From the NCBI RefSeq assembly GCF_006345805.1, contig NC_043020.1:7316001-7380000 (forward strand): a stretch of DNA of 64,000 nt, in the 5' to 3' direction. Below are positions 25,503 through 38,359 of this stretch, in pieces. This DNA is from Octopus sinensis. Its lineage: Eukaryota. The notes beneath the pieces were generated by a model. It had not been told where the DNA came from, did not search any database, and saw only the letters and a program-made list of their open reading frames with translations. A program made the translations under genes and the position numbers. The stretch's first letter is position 1, and each line of letters opens with the position of its first letter.

Positions 25503-25922
25503 TTGTGTGTCTGTGTTTGTCCCTCTAGCATTGCTTGACAACCGATGTTGGTGTGTTTATGTCCCCGTTACTTAGCAGTTCGGCAAAAAGAGACCGATAG
25601 AATAAGTACTGGGCTTACAAAAGAATAAGTCCCGGGGTCGAGTTGCTCAATTAAAGGTGGTGCTCCAGCATGGCCGCAGTCAAATGACTGAAACAAATAA
25701 AAGAAAAAGAAAGAAAAAGAAAATAAGGGCCAAGCAACTGAGATTTTTTTGACCATGTGAGAAGGAAAGAGGGCCTGGGGAATTTAGCAATGACAGTAGG
25801 GATAAAAGGGGACAGAAGCAGAGAAAGGGAGTTTGATTCACTGGTTGGAAGAAAGAGGCATTAAACATCAGGAAGTAGAATTGTTGCAGAAAGACAGGAT
25901 TGCTTATGTCCTATTTTCTGGT

Positions 25923-26316
25923 GTGGAGGCACAATGGCCCAGTGGTTAGGGCAGTGGACTCGCGGTCATAGGATCGCAGTTTCAATTCCCAGACCGGGCA
26001 TTGTAAGTGTTTATTGAGCGAAAACACCTAAAGCTCCACGAGGCTCCGGCAGGGGATGGTGGTGATCCCTGCTGTACTCTTTCACCACAACTTTCTCTCA
26101 CTCTTACTTCCTGTTTCTGTTGTACCTGTATTTCAAGGGGCCGGCCTTGTCACTCTCTGTGTCACGCTGAATATCCCCGAGAACTACGTTAAGGGTGCAC
26201 GTGTCTGTGGAGTGCTCAGCCACTTACACGTTAATTTCACGAGCAGGCTGTTCCGTTGATTCGGATCAACTGGAACCCTCGTCGTCGTAACCGACGGAGT
26301 GCTTCCATCCCATTCC
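25923..26316 (+). mobile_element. Young tRNA-derived SINE family 3 with TSD
   Basis: Box A TGGCCCAGTGG, box B-like GTTTCAATTCC; TSD ATTTTCTGGT at 25913-22 and 26317-26. Confidence 0.85.
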
Positions 26317-26944
26317 ATTTTCTGGTCTTGGCACCTAAAGAAAACAAAAAAAGTTCCTAGAAAGACGATGACTGATTTAAAAAAAATTGGATGGATCTGG
26401 CTGAACCACTTTGAGCAGATTCGACCTGGGGTTAAACAAGAACAATAACAGTAAAAAAAATAAACATACAAACACACCAGCAAATTAATATATTCTGCAA
26501 TATTCTTTACAAAATAAATATCGAAGATTTGTTTGTTTGTAATTGTTGTTGTCTGTATATTTTGTTTATTTTGTTTGTTTTGGAGTTTTTTGATTTTTTA
26601 TTTTCTGATTTTTTTTTTTTTTTTGGATTTTTTTTTGTTGTTTTTTACTTCAAAGGATAGGGAGGAGTAGTTTGAGGAATGAAGTGTGTAAAAGGTGGTA
26701 GGAGGAAGGGAGTGAGAGGTATGAGAGAGTCTGATGAGTTTGGCGGTGGTGGTGGTGGTGGTGGTGGTGGCAGCGGTCGGTCACTTTGGAACATAGGAGG
26801 AGCATGAACGTAGATGGGCGTTTTTAGTTTAGATGTGTTTGGTTTTGTGATGACGATAGTGGTGGTGGTGGTGGTGGTGGTGGTGGTGGTTGGTGGTATC
26901 GGTGTTGAGGACGATGGGCGAGAGAGGGCGGTGCCTCCTGTTCG

Positions 26945-27062
26945 TCAGAGTAAAGGTCCAGCACCCAGCAGCAGATTGTGACTCGTGAAATTTAGAAAAT
27001 GTATTGGCGTAGATTTGGTCGGGTAGCAAGCCAACTGTTCCGGTGAGGCTGTTGTATCGAGG
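26945..27062 (-). CDS. TAF5L: TAF5L coding exon 15 (last), stop TGA
   Basis: (S)LDTTASPEQLACYPTKSTPIHFLNFTSHNLLLGAGPLL*; ctacag acceptor. The 15 exons sum to 1815 nt (604 aa plus stop). Confidence 0.88.
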
Positions 27063-27090
27063 CTGTAGATGACAAAAACAACAAAAAAAA

Positions 27091-28025
27091 ATGAATAATA
27101 ATAATAATGATAATAATAATGATGATGATAATGATAATAATAATGATAATAATAATGATGATAATAATGATAATGATGATGATAATGATAATAATAATGA
27201 TGATAATAAGATGATAATGATAATAATAATGATGATGATAATGATAATGATGATAATAATGATAATAATAATGATAATAATAATGATGATAATGATGATA
27301 ATAATGATAATAATAATGATAATAATAATGATGATGATAATGATAATGATGATAATAATGATAATAATAATGATAATAATAATGATGATGATAATGATAA
27401 TAATAATGATAATAATAATGATGATAATAATGATAATGATGATGATAATGATAATAATAATGATGATAATAAGATGATAATGATAATAATAATGATGATG
27501 ATAATGATGATAATAATGATATAATAATGATGATAATGATATAATAATATATAGAATGATGATGATAATGATAATGATGATAATAATGATAATAATAATG
27601 ATATATAATGATGAGATGATATGATGATGATAATGATAATAATAATGATCATATAATGATAATAATAATATGATAGAAGATATAATGATAATAATAATGA
27701 TGATGATAATATAATGATGATAATAATGATGATAATAATGATAATAATAATGATAATAATAATGATGATAATGATGATAATAATGATAATAATAATGATA
27801 ATAATAATGATGATGATAATGATAATGATGATAATAATGATAATAATAATGATAATAATAATGATGATAATAATGATAATAATAATGATAATAATGATAA
27901 TAATAATGATAATAATAATAATGATGATAATAATGATGATAATAATAATGATGATAATAATGATGATAATAATACTGATGATAATAATGATGATAATAAT
28001 GATGATGATGATGATGATGATAATA

Positions 28026-28066
<41 letters not shown>

Positions 28067-28110
28067 GATGATGATGATGATGAAGATGATGAAGATGATG
28101 ATGATGATGA
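27091..28110. repeat. ~1-kb compound (AAT/GAT)n trinucleotide tract
   Basis: Directly visible; abuts the acceptor of the last TAF5L exon. Confidence 0.97.
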
Positions 28111-28857
28111 TCCTCCTTTCTATTATAGGCACAAAGCCTGTAATTTGGGGGAGAGGGATTGTCGATTACATTGACCCCTGGTCTTTAATTTATTGACCCT
28201 GAAAGGATGAAAGCAAAGTTGACCTTGGTGGAATTTGAACTCAGAACGTAGTGACAATAATAATAATAACAAGAGCACTTACAGAGTGCAAACCTCCGCC
28301 AAGGCAACACCAACATTCTCTCAACGATTAACCGGAGATGATTTTTAAAATGAGAATATCCGAAATAAACTCGACTGCTCTCACAAACGAGAATACTAAA
28401 GATGAAGCTGACCGACCTCAAAAATTAAGTAAAAAAATAAACAATCACATCATTGAAATCTGGAAGCTATGAGATAATGTACGATTAATTCAAAACAACA
28501 TGACCAAATAAGGATTACATTTGATAGAATAATGTGAATGCTAAGAGGTTAAAAACCCAGCCACATCAGGTCTAAATATTTTCCCTGTTTTTATGTACAA
28601 ACCAGAGAGATCTGGCCTCTTACACTTATCCTACAATGTCATTTAAAAAATAAACCTTGAAATCTGGAAGCTATGAGATAATGTATGATTAAATCAAAAT
28701 AATGGGAATAAACAAGGATTATATTTTGATAGAGTAATCCGAGTGCTAAAAGGATTGATTATCCATGAAAAGCTCATGATCACATTCACCAATACATTGT
28801 TTTTAGCTCCTGTATTAAATCCTTTAAAGCAGGTGTTGAGCAAGGTATTCTACTCAC

Positions 28858-28921
28858 CTGGCATTGCTAAAGTCACCTTCTTTGCGGACATCCCATATAC
28901 GTATTGAAGAATCAAGACCAC
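28858..28921 (-). CDS. TAF5L: TAF5L coding exon 14 (WD40)
   Basis: (G)GLDSSIRIWDVRKEGDFSNA; ttttag acceptor, GTGAGT donor; phase 1 to 2. Confidence 0.92.
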
Positions 28922-29756
28922 CTAAAAAAAAGGAAAAAAAAACACATGGTGAATATATTCCTTCAATATGGTTTTAATTATTTGTATGTGTATGTGTGTG
29001 CTTGTTTTATGGGTTTGCAAGAGGAGGAGGAGGGACAGTGCCCAGCCTCGTCATTATTAACCTGGTGTTTGGAACATAAATCAACACAAAATTTTGATGG
29101 AAAGTCCTAGTTTAGTAGATCATTTTAACCATTTTGTAAGCATATATTTCTGTTGAAATACACTACTTCTGTTTCAAGAAATTTTGAAAATAATAAAGAG
29201 TTCAGTAAAATAACTTTGTCATCATAAAACTGATGTTTGGAACATAAATTACTACAAAATTTTGATGGAAGATTTTAATTTAGATCACTATCAAGCAGGG
29301 AGTTTACATCATAGAACCAAGATGTAAAAGGGTAACAAAGAGACCTCCTCTCCACTCAAAGTGACCATCCCTACCTCAAAACTAACATAAAAAATTAACA
29401 GTCTTCATTGTTTTAATCCATACTTTTCTATGCTGCATGGCTTGGATAGAATTTGTTGAGGCAGGTTTTCTCTGGTTGGATGCCATTCCTGCCACCAACC
29501 CTTACCTGTATCTTTACATCTTAGGCAGGTTGGTACCAAAATGGTTAATTGAATTCAGGGATGAAATGAAGATATATTTCTGGGAATGTCAACAGGGTTG
29601 TTTGGCTAGCTATAAACAGCAGCCAAATCTTGCTGGAATATCAGCCTACCATTTTAAAGAATTAAGAACTTATTAGACAATGAGTTAGTTATGCAAAGAA
29701 GATGAGAGGGTCATGGCTAGAATGTCTTTGATCATAGATCTACTCAAGCACGACTG

Positions 29757-30355
29757 ACCTGAGGCTCGATTGGATTGGATTATCTATGTTCAGTCGACTG
29801 CAGGAGAGGGCCTCAGCATGTTCTATCCACCAACCACAGTCTGAGGTGGAGGCCATGAATTTGAGCTTGAGTTCATACTGGTTTGCTGAGCATACTCTGC
29901 CACACTGGCTCGAAATAGCTATGGCAGGGGGATGCAGTTTTTATACTCATACCCAGGACTGACCTTAGGTTGGATTGGACAGGATTGCCCATGTTCAGTC
30001 CACTACAGGACAAAGGCCTCAGTATTTCTCTCCACCAACCACAGTCTGATGTGGAGGCCATGAATTTGAGCCTGAGATCATACTGGTTTGATGAGCCTAC
30101 TCTGCCACGCTGGCTCAACATGGCTTGCCAGGGGGATGCAGTTTTTATACTCACACCCAGGACTGACCTAAGGTTGGATTGGACAGGATTGCCCATGTTC
30201 AGTCCACTGTAGGACAAAGGCCTCAGTATGTTCTCTCAACCAACCATGGTCTGATGTGCAGTATGAGAATTTGAGTTTGAGACCATTACTGATTTGATGA
30301 GCCCTCTCTGCCACACTGGCTTGGCAGACAGGTGAAGTTTTTTTATATTCTTACC
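29757..30355. repeat. Triplicated ~200-bp GC-richer unit in TAF5L intron 13
   Basis: TGGATTGGA at 29770/29971/30175 (periods 201 and 204); long colinear identity between copies. Confidence 0.85.
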
Positions 30356-30486
30356 CACAAGTAATTAAGTTGATTACATCGACCCCAGTGCTCCAATGGT
30401 ATTTATTTTATCGACCCCAAAAGGATGAAAGGCAAAGTTGACCTCAGTGGAATTTGAATACAGAATATAAGGATGGATAAAATACC

Positions 30487-30716
30487 TATTTCTTTACTAC
30501 CCACAAGGGGCTAAACACAGAGGGGACAAACAAGGACAGACAAATGGATTAAGTCGATTATAACGACCCCAGTGCATAACTGGTACTTATTTAATCAACC
30601 CCGAAAGGATGAAAGGCAAAGTCGACCTCGGCGGAATTTGAACTCAGAACGTAGCGACAAACGAAATACCGCTAAGCATTTCGCCCGACGTGCTAACGCT
30701 TCTGCCAGCTCACCTA
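30487..30716 (-). mobile_element. Full-length SINE family 1 copy inserted into an older copy, 11-bp TSD
   Basis: TSD GATAAAATACC at 30476-86 and 30717-27. Other singles at about 15955-16180(-), 21965-22115(+), 36405-36628(+), 39063-39296(-), 61607-61840(-, TSD TGTCAAACGGATATC) and 61860-62063(+). Confidence 0.85.
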
Positions 30717-30930
30717 GATAAAATACCATTAAGCATTTCACCTGACATGCTAACAATAGATTTTTGTGAAACTATTTTAATTATGATAAAAACAAACAAA
30801 CAAATGAAATGATGAAACTCAAAATTTTCTCTTTTACAAAATTTTTTCAGGAAAAATTAAAAAAGAAACTGAAATATCTAAGGAATTTTTCAAAAATTGC
30901 AAAAGCATTTAAAATTCCTCAAAGACTCAC

Positions 30931-31053
30931 CTGATGCTAACATAGAACCATCGCGACAAAAAGTTAAAGAATAGACCGTATCTACATGGCCACGGAACTC
31001 TTTGAACAAATTACCAGTGTTCAGATCCCAGATTCGGATTTTCTTGTCATCTC
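30931..31053 (-). CDS. TAF5L: TAF5L coding exon 13 (WD40)
   Basis: (G)DDKKIRIWDLNTGNLFKEFRGHVDTVYSLTFCRDGSMLAS; ctgtag acceptor, GTGAGT donor; phase 1 to 1. Confidence 0.93.
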
Positions 31054-32085
31054 CTACAGAAAAAGTAAAAGAAAAAACAATGAAAATAACAAACTGTCTT
31101 TGAATTATTTTATCTCTTGTTGTTGTTGTGTATAGGTACAGGGGTGGCTGTGTGGATACAGGTAAGGGTTGGTGGCAGGAAGGACATCCAGCCAGAGAAA
31201 ACCTGCCTCAACAAAATCCATCCATGCCATGCAAGTACAGAAAAGTAGTGGTTAAAACAACAAAGATTTTGTTAATTTTTATGTTGGTTTTGAGGTAGGG
31301 ATGGTCACCTTGAGTGGAGAGGAGGTCTCTTTGTTACTTTTTCAATGGGTTAGAGGAGAAAAGGGCAGCGTTCTTCTTTATTCTTCTGCTTGTTTCAGTC
31401 TGTGGCCATACTGGGGCACTGCCTAGAAGAATTCTTTAGTTGAATGAACTGACCCCAATACTTTTGCTGAACCACCAAGTTACAGGGATATAAACAAACC
31501 AAGTACGGTCGTCAAGTGGTGATGGTGGTGGTGGTGGGTGGGTTGTGTTTAGAAACACAAAAGTGCACACACACACACATACACATATATGATAAGCTTC
31601 TTTCAGTTTCCAACAACCGAATCCACTCACAAGGCTGTAGTCAGCCTGGGGCTATAATAGAGGACATTTGGCAAAGGTGCCACGCCATAGGATTGAACCT
31701 GGGAGCATACTTCTTACCACACAACCATGCGTGTGCCTTTCCTCACCAATTTTTGGCAGAGTGTCTGTGACTGGCAGAATTATTAGGGAAAGAAGACACA
31801 CAGACTTCCTCGAACAAGAGACCTGGTCAGACTGATTACAATAAGAATTGGCTCAGCTAAAAACACTCAACTTCGCTTCCAAGGTCTACTCAGCCTTTCG
31901 TCCTTTGGGGCAGAATGAAATCAATGAGATTCAGAAGCATTAGGTTGATTTAATAGGGGTAAACAGTTTCAGTCCTCAGTCAAACCGTCCAACCCATGCC
32001 AGCATGGAAAGCGGACGTTAAATGATGATGATGATGATGATGATGATAATGATGATGCACGCATAGATGAGAAAAGAAGAATTAC

Positions 32086-32254
32086 CGGAGGTGGCCAAAT
32101 ATTGTCCGTTGGGAGAAAATGCCATGGCAAGTACCGTCCCTCGATGACCCTGCATTAGTCGGACACACTTGCCGTCATTGATACTCCAGAGTCGGACACT
32201 CCTATCACTTGAACCAGTAGCTACGTACATACCATTCGGATGAAACTTTACTCG
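32086..32254 (-). CDS. TAF5L: TAF5L coding exon 12 (WD40)
   Basis: RVKFHPNGMYVATGSSDRSVRLWSINDGKCVRLMQGHRGTVLAMAFSPNGQYLATS; tttcag acceptor, GTAATT donor; phase 0 to 1. Confidence 0.95.
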
Positions 32255-32969
32255 CTGAAAGAAACGGAGAAAAGGCACAAAAAATTAAATTAAAAATAAT
32301 TGATTTAATTTATGACACAGGATCAGCAAATTTAGAGGGAGGATGTGAAGTTAATTACATGGATCCAAATGCATTATGTCAAAATAAAAAAATAATGTAC
32401 TCTCGGAGGGGTTGGCGTTAGGAAGGGCATCCAGCTGTAGAAACTCTGCCAGATCAAGATTGGAGCCTGGTGCAGCCATCTGGTTTGCCAGCCCTCAGTT
32501 AAAATCGTCCAACCCATGCTAGCATGGAAAGCAGACGTTAAACGATGATGATGATGATGATGATGATGAAATGACAGGATGGTCCTGCCTGGAACGAAGG
32601 TCAGTGATCACACATCAGGCCCAAGTCCACCTATTCGAAAAAACACTATGACAAAGGCATTTCAGTAATGGAGTAATCCAAAATACTGGACTAGTACAAT
32701 GGCTGTGAGGTTGAGGTGATAGATTATTAAGTATATGGTCACGAGTTCAAACCTCACCTCTACCAGTTCTGCATTTTATCGTTAAATAAGACCCACAAGC
32801 CTTTTTGCTTTACCGACATGAAACAAGTTCTATGCCTTTCCTTCATCAAAGACTCGCTGATTAAGAGTAACCAATATTGAAACGCCACTAATTAGGTTTC
32901 AATTAACAAGTATAATAACCTTCAAGCAATAACGAAACAGCATGGAAAGAAAATTTTCTGAGAGCTTAC

Positions 32970-33081
32970 GCTGACGTCCAATGTGTGTCCGGCAAAGGTG
33001 CGCACGGGGAAGATTCGATCCGTTGACCACAGTTTGGCAGTGCGATCACATGAACCACTTACAAACATACTGCTCACTCGA
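32970..33081 (-). CDS. TAF5L: TAF5L coding exon 11 (WD40)
   Basis: (C)RVSSMFVSGSCDRTAKLWSTDRIFPVRTFAGHTLDVS; tttcag acceptor, GTAAGC donor; phase 2 to 0. Confidence 0.93.
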
Positions 33082-33601
33082 CTGAAATGACAAGAGATTT
33101 AACGAAGAAATTAGTTAATTTTGCAACAAACTGGTTCTTCCTTAGGTATAACCATAGAAAGACATCACTACATAAGCACACACGAGACCATATACATTTT
33201 TTTATTCTTTTACTTGTTTCAGTCACTTGACTGAGGCCATGCTGGAGCATTGCCTTAAAATGACTTTAGTCAAAGAAATCAGCCCCCAGGACTTATTCTT
33301 TGTAAGCCTAGTACTTATTGGTCTCTTTTTACCAAACTTCTAAGTTACGGGGACACAAACACACCAGCATCGTTTGTCAAGTGATAACAGGTTTTGGTCA
33401 CTCCAACTTTCTCTCATTCTTTCTTCCTTTTTCTGTTGTACCTGTATTTCAAAGAACTACATTAACGGTACATGCGTCTGTGGAGTGCTCAACCACTTGC
33501 ACGCTAATTTCATGAGCGGGCTGTTCCACTAATTGGATCAACTGGAACCCTTGTCGTCGTAACCAATGGAGTGCCACAACAATACATATATATATAAATA
33601 A

Positions 33602-33641
<40 letters not shown>

Positions 33642-34012
33642 ATGATGATATATATATATGCATACATGTATATATATGTATATGTGGGTCTTTGTGTCTG
33701 TGTTTGTCTCTCTCCACTGCTTGATAACTGGTGTTGGTGTGTTTATGTTCCTGTAACTTAGTGGTTTGGCAAAAGATACTGATAGAATAAGTACTAGGTT
33801 TAAAAAAAATAAGTCCTAAGATTGATTTGCTCAACTAAAACCCTTCAAACGTGGTGCTCCAGCATGGCTGCAGTCAAGTGACTGAAACAAGTAAAAGAGT
33901 GTATATAACTAATACAAATGCAACAACCCCCACTATTCCCATAACTATTGTGACCCCTACACCCACCGATTTACCCCATTTGGACAAAAACCCCAAATGA
34001 GCAAGCACTCAC

Positions 34013-34094
34013 CATACATCAATGTCCCAGACAGGATAATTATGACCAGCATAACGAACGGTGTTACAGCAGTTTTCTAGGTTCCATAAACGAA
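34013..34094 (-). CDS. TAF5L: TAF5L coding exon 10 (WD40)
   Basis: (V)RLWNLENCCNTVRYAGHNYPVWDIDV; tttcag acceptor, GTGAGT donor; phase 1 to 2. Confidence 0.92.
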
Positions 34095-34163
34095 CTGAAA
34101 TGTAGAATCATTAAAATGTTAGTGTCAAGATAACCATAGACAAAACAGGTATGTACGTATATA

Positions 34164-34202
<39 letters not shown>

Positions 34203-34203
<1 letters not shown>

Positions 34204-34385
34204 ACGGGAAGCTTTATGAAAATAAACAAAGACGAAGGCAGGTGGAGTACAAACAAAGAATTGTATTAGTATGGCGCTCAGGAATAGAAATAGAACAAGT
34301 CTTTAACGTTTCGAGCCTACGCTCTTCAACAGAAAGATACACAGAAAAGAAACACGGAGAGAAACAAGGAGAGAAAAAAAATGCG
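34203..34385 (-). mobile_element. Minimal-hammerhead-bearing repeat (same family as 47731)
   Basis: TCTTT CTGTTGA A GAGC gtag GCTC GAA ACGT T AAAGA at 34300-34337 (minus). Confidence 0.7.
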
Positions 34386-34409
34386 TGCAGAAGCTATAAA
34401 GATATAAAG

Positions 34410-34620
34410 TTAATCCAAACCTGAAAACACAAAGAGAAAACACAACAACGCGAGGACGTGGAACAAGTATAGTGTTATTGGACGCTCAGAAAAGGAAAGA
34501 AAAAAGGAGGATCTAATGTTTCGAGCGGAGCTCTTCATCAGAAACATAGAAAAAGGAAAGATCCAAGGAAGGGAAGACGGAGGAAAAAAAATCGCCAACG
34601 GTACACACACGGTCACATTT
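34410..34620 (-). mobile_element. Minimal-hammerhead-bearing repeat, second family
   Basis: GTTT CTGATGA A GAGC tcc GCTC GAA ACAT T AGAT at 34511-34545; near-identical copy at about 57560-57778. Confidence 0.65.
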
Positions 34621-34929
34621 TATAAATATAAATATATTGTAAGATACAAATAAGATAATTTATATTTGAATGCAGAAATGCTGTTAGAACAGTAGAAATA
34701 TTGGGTAAATTACCCTTACAAAGTAGAAATATTTATCCACAAACAGCCATGGGACTTGAACCTACATCACTTGAAGACTCCACCCAAGTGCTTTACCATT
34801 AAGCTAAATTACCTGCGTGCAAAATTAAATTATAATCTTATTTCTTTCCTACAATACACATTTCAACGCTTATTAAAAACAAATGTTAGTTTGCTTATAT
34901 TTATATACATATTTGCCATACTGGACCGC

Positions 34930-35107
34930 TGAACTCTACAAGTTTTCTTCATTTTCTCTCTGTTTATTTTTTCTTATTCCTTTCTGTTGAAGAGCGTAGG
35001 CTCAAAACATAAAAGACTTTAATTTTTCCCCAAGCGTCAAACTAATACACTTGCTTGATGTTCATACACCTGTCTTCATCTTTTGTTTTTCTATAAATTT
35101 CAACTAT
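34930..35107 (+). mobile_element. Decayed minimal-hammerhead repeat
   Basis: CTGTTGA A GAGC gtag GCTC AAA ACAT at 34984-35010; colinear with 95-255. Confidence 0.6.
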
Positions 35108-36647
35108 ATATATATATAAACAGGTAAAATACAGCGTACCATTAATGTTAAAAATATATAGTTATCCTTTCTATCATAAAGGTACACACTTTATCTGAGC
35201 CTTTGGATGAATTCATTAGTTTTACAAATCAAGTCTTTAATAAATTACTTTTTATATGGTATAGGTACATCTTTGAGTGATACGTTAAACTTCAATATTC
35301 TCCATCTTCTACCAGTATAATCCAAATACTATAATAATTTATTTATTATATATATGTGTTTAGTTTACTTTTCAGTTAAGGTAAGATCAAAAAAAAAAAA
35401 GAAGAAGCACTTCGTCCAGTGAAAGATAAATATTATTTGACCATTTTGGTCATAAATGACCATGGGATTGTACCTAGAAAGTTACCCTCCAAGGCTCAAG
35501 TCCAGGCAGGGTGGTTTTATGGAAGACCAGCAGTCGCCCATGCATACCGACCTCTTCTCTCCATGCCACCAATGTTATCCAAGGGAATGGCAAAGGGGCC
35601 GATACACCTTGGCATCAGTGACGTCATAACTCCTTTCTACAGCTGAGTGAACTGGAGCAATGTGAAATAAAGTGTCTTCCTCAAGAATACAACACAGCCT
35701 GGTCTGAGAATCGAACTCGTCACCTCATGATTGTGAGCTCGACATTCTAACCACTGAGCCATGCGTCTTTACTCTTTTATCCTGTCAAATGTAATACTTA
35801 TTAATTCATATTGTTTCAAACTAATCAAACATTACCTTGTCGCTTTGAGATTTTGATAATGTGACAGTTTATTTTTAGATTGACATCAGCAATATCAAAT
35901 CAAATGGAAATTGTAGTTGTGAGCCCTGTGCTGGTAGCATGTAAAATGCACCATCTAAACATGGCCAATGCCAGTGCCACTTTGACTGGCTTCCGTGCTG
36001 GTGGCACGTTAAAAGCACTATCTGATTGTGATCAATGCCAGCTCCTCTGGCCCCTGTGCTGGTGGCACGTAAAAAGCACACACTACACTCTCGGAGTGGT
36101 TGGCGTTAGAAAGGGCATCCAGCTGTAGAAACATTGCAAGATCAGACTGGGGCCTGGTGCAGCCTCCTCACTTCCCAGACCTCAGTTGAACTGTCCAGCT
36201 CATGCCAACATGGAAAATAAATGTTAAATGATGATGATGATGACATTGTAGGGTAGGTGAGAGAGGCTGGATCTGGCCAGTTTGAACATAAAACAGGTAG
36301 AATAACTTGGCTGGATATAATTGGTTTAAATACTGTATTTAAACCCATACCAGCATGGAAAGCAGACGCTAAATGACGACGACGATGATGACGATATATA
36401 TATCGAGCTGGCAGAAACATTAGCACGCTGGGCAAAATGCGTAGCCGTATTTCGTCTGCCGTTACGTTCTGAGTTCAAATTCCGCCGAGGTCGACTTTGC
36501 CTTTCATCCTTTCGGGGTCGATAAATTAAGTACCAGTTATGCACTGGGGTCCATGTAATCGACCTAATCCGTTTGTCTGTCCTTGTTTGTCCCCTCTGTG
36601 TTTAGCCCCTTGTGGGCAGTAAAGAAATATATATATATATATATGTA

Positions 36648-36747
<100 letters not shown>

Positions 36748-36950
36748 TTAATGCAATTGAAACAATTGTTAGATTTTTAAATAAAGATGATTTTCTTCAT
36801 ACATATTATTGGTTGTTATATATACACATGTATATAATATATACACACACATATTCATATTTCTTTTTTTCTTTGTTGCTTTGTTTTTTAATGTTTTTCT
36901 TCCATTGTTCGAGTCAAGGGACTTTGACCATGCTGGGGCATTATTCTTAC

Positions 36951-37069
36951 CTGTTGTATCTTTAGAACAGGAGAGTAAGTAGACGGGGTCTGGGTCTGGT
37001 AGAAAACACATATTATAGATACTCCCAGAATGACCTCGAAGAACAACACATTGGTCTGGTGCTGCTGAC
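36951..37069 (-). CDS. TAF5L: TAF5L coding exon 9 (WD40)
   Basis: (W)SAAPDQCVVLRGHSGSIYNMCFLPDPDPVYLLSCSKDTT; ccaaag acceptor, GTAAGA donor; phase 2 to 1. Confidence 0.92.
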
Positions 37070-37242
37070 CTTTGGAGAGAGAGAACAAAAGAAAAGAAAC
37101 AATTATATTCCTGAAAATTCTAAGGATAGAAATCAATACAGAACAGTTTTATTGTTTGAAAAACATTCCACAAAACGTTTTGGATGTTTAAATGACATCC
37201 ATAATACTATCAGTAGTTTTAATCAGCTTTACATGGTACATA

Positions 37243-37593
37243 GTGGAGGCGCAATGGCCCAGCGGTTTCGATCCCCAGACCGGGCGTTGTGAGTGTTTAT
37301 TGAGCAAAAACACCTAAAGCTCCATGAGGCTCCGGCAGGGGATGGTGGTGATCCCTGCTGTACTCTTTCACCACAACTTTCTCTCACTCTTACTTCCTGT
37401 TTCTGTTGTACCTGTATTTCAAGGGGCCGGCCTTGTCACTTTCTGTGTCACGCTGAATATCCCCGAGAACTACGTTAAGGGTGCACGTGTCTGTGGAGTG
37501 CTCAGCCACTTACACGTTAATTTCACGAGCAGGCTGTTCCGTTGATTCGGATCAACCGGAACCCTCATCGTCGTAACCGACAGAGTGCTTCCA
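37243..37593 (+). mobile_element. SINE family 3 copy, head internally deleted
   Basis: TSD ACATGGTACATA at 37231-42 and 37594-605. Confidence 0.85.
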
Positions 37594-37934
37594 ACATGGT
37601 ACATAAACATGCAATGGTACCTTAACCTCCTCAGTTTGCACTAGTACCCCAATTTCCACTAGTCCAGTACCCCAACTTGCAATGGTACCTCTTTTTCTAC
37701 TAATCCACTAGTCTTGTGAAGGATGAAAGACAAAGCTGACCGTGGCAGTAATGAAACTTTGAATGTAAAATCCCATAAACAACTACCACAAGGTATTTTG
37801 TTTGATGCATTTTGTGTGAGTGCATGCCTATGTGTGTGTGTGTGTGTGTACATATGTAAGTGAATGTGTGTGTGTGTGAGTCTGTGAGTTAGAATCTATG
37901 CATTTTAACAACCATAAACATACATTATATATAT

Positions 37935-37982
<48 letters not shown>

Positions 37983-38359
37983 TGATGGGTTTCTTTCAGT
38001 TTCTGTCTACCCAATCCACTCACATGGCTTTGGTTGGCCTGAGGCTATATTAGAAGACACTTGGCCAAGGTGCCACGCAATGGGACTGAACCCGGAACCA
38101 CAAATACACAAACTCACACACACACACAACCATAATGATGACTGTATCCATAGTTATTTATCTTTATTGGGAAAAAAAAAAATCGATATAGCCAACATCA
38201 ATAAAAAAGTAGTCAAACCACAAACAACACAGACGGTATATTATACTGAGGATGATGATGATGATGTGGGTGGCAGTGAGAGGTAAGCACTGCCACCACC
38301 ACTTGAGTGTGAGTGCAAGTTATTGAAATAAAGGGAGATAATCCAAAGGAACTACTCAC

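Noticed and set aside
26945-28132. 395-aa poly-Ile/Ser/Leu ORF and overlapping poly-Met/Ile/Asn ORFs
   Set aside because: Translation of the AAT/GAT microsatellite; only the last 38 codons are real (TAF5L exon 15).
30085-30170. TGATGA...CTGA resembling a C/D snoRNA in the triplicated unit
   Set aside because: Lies antisense to the host gene, and box C is not conserved in all three copies.
34745-34815. tRNA-like sequence on the minus strand (TAGCTTAATGG ... GGTTCAAGTCC)
   Set aside because: Has box A and box B but no proper acceptor stem or 7-nt anticodon loop; most likely a decayed SINE head.
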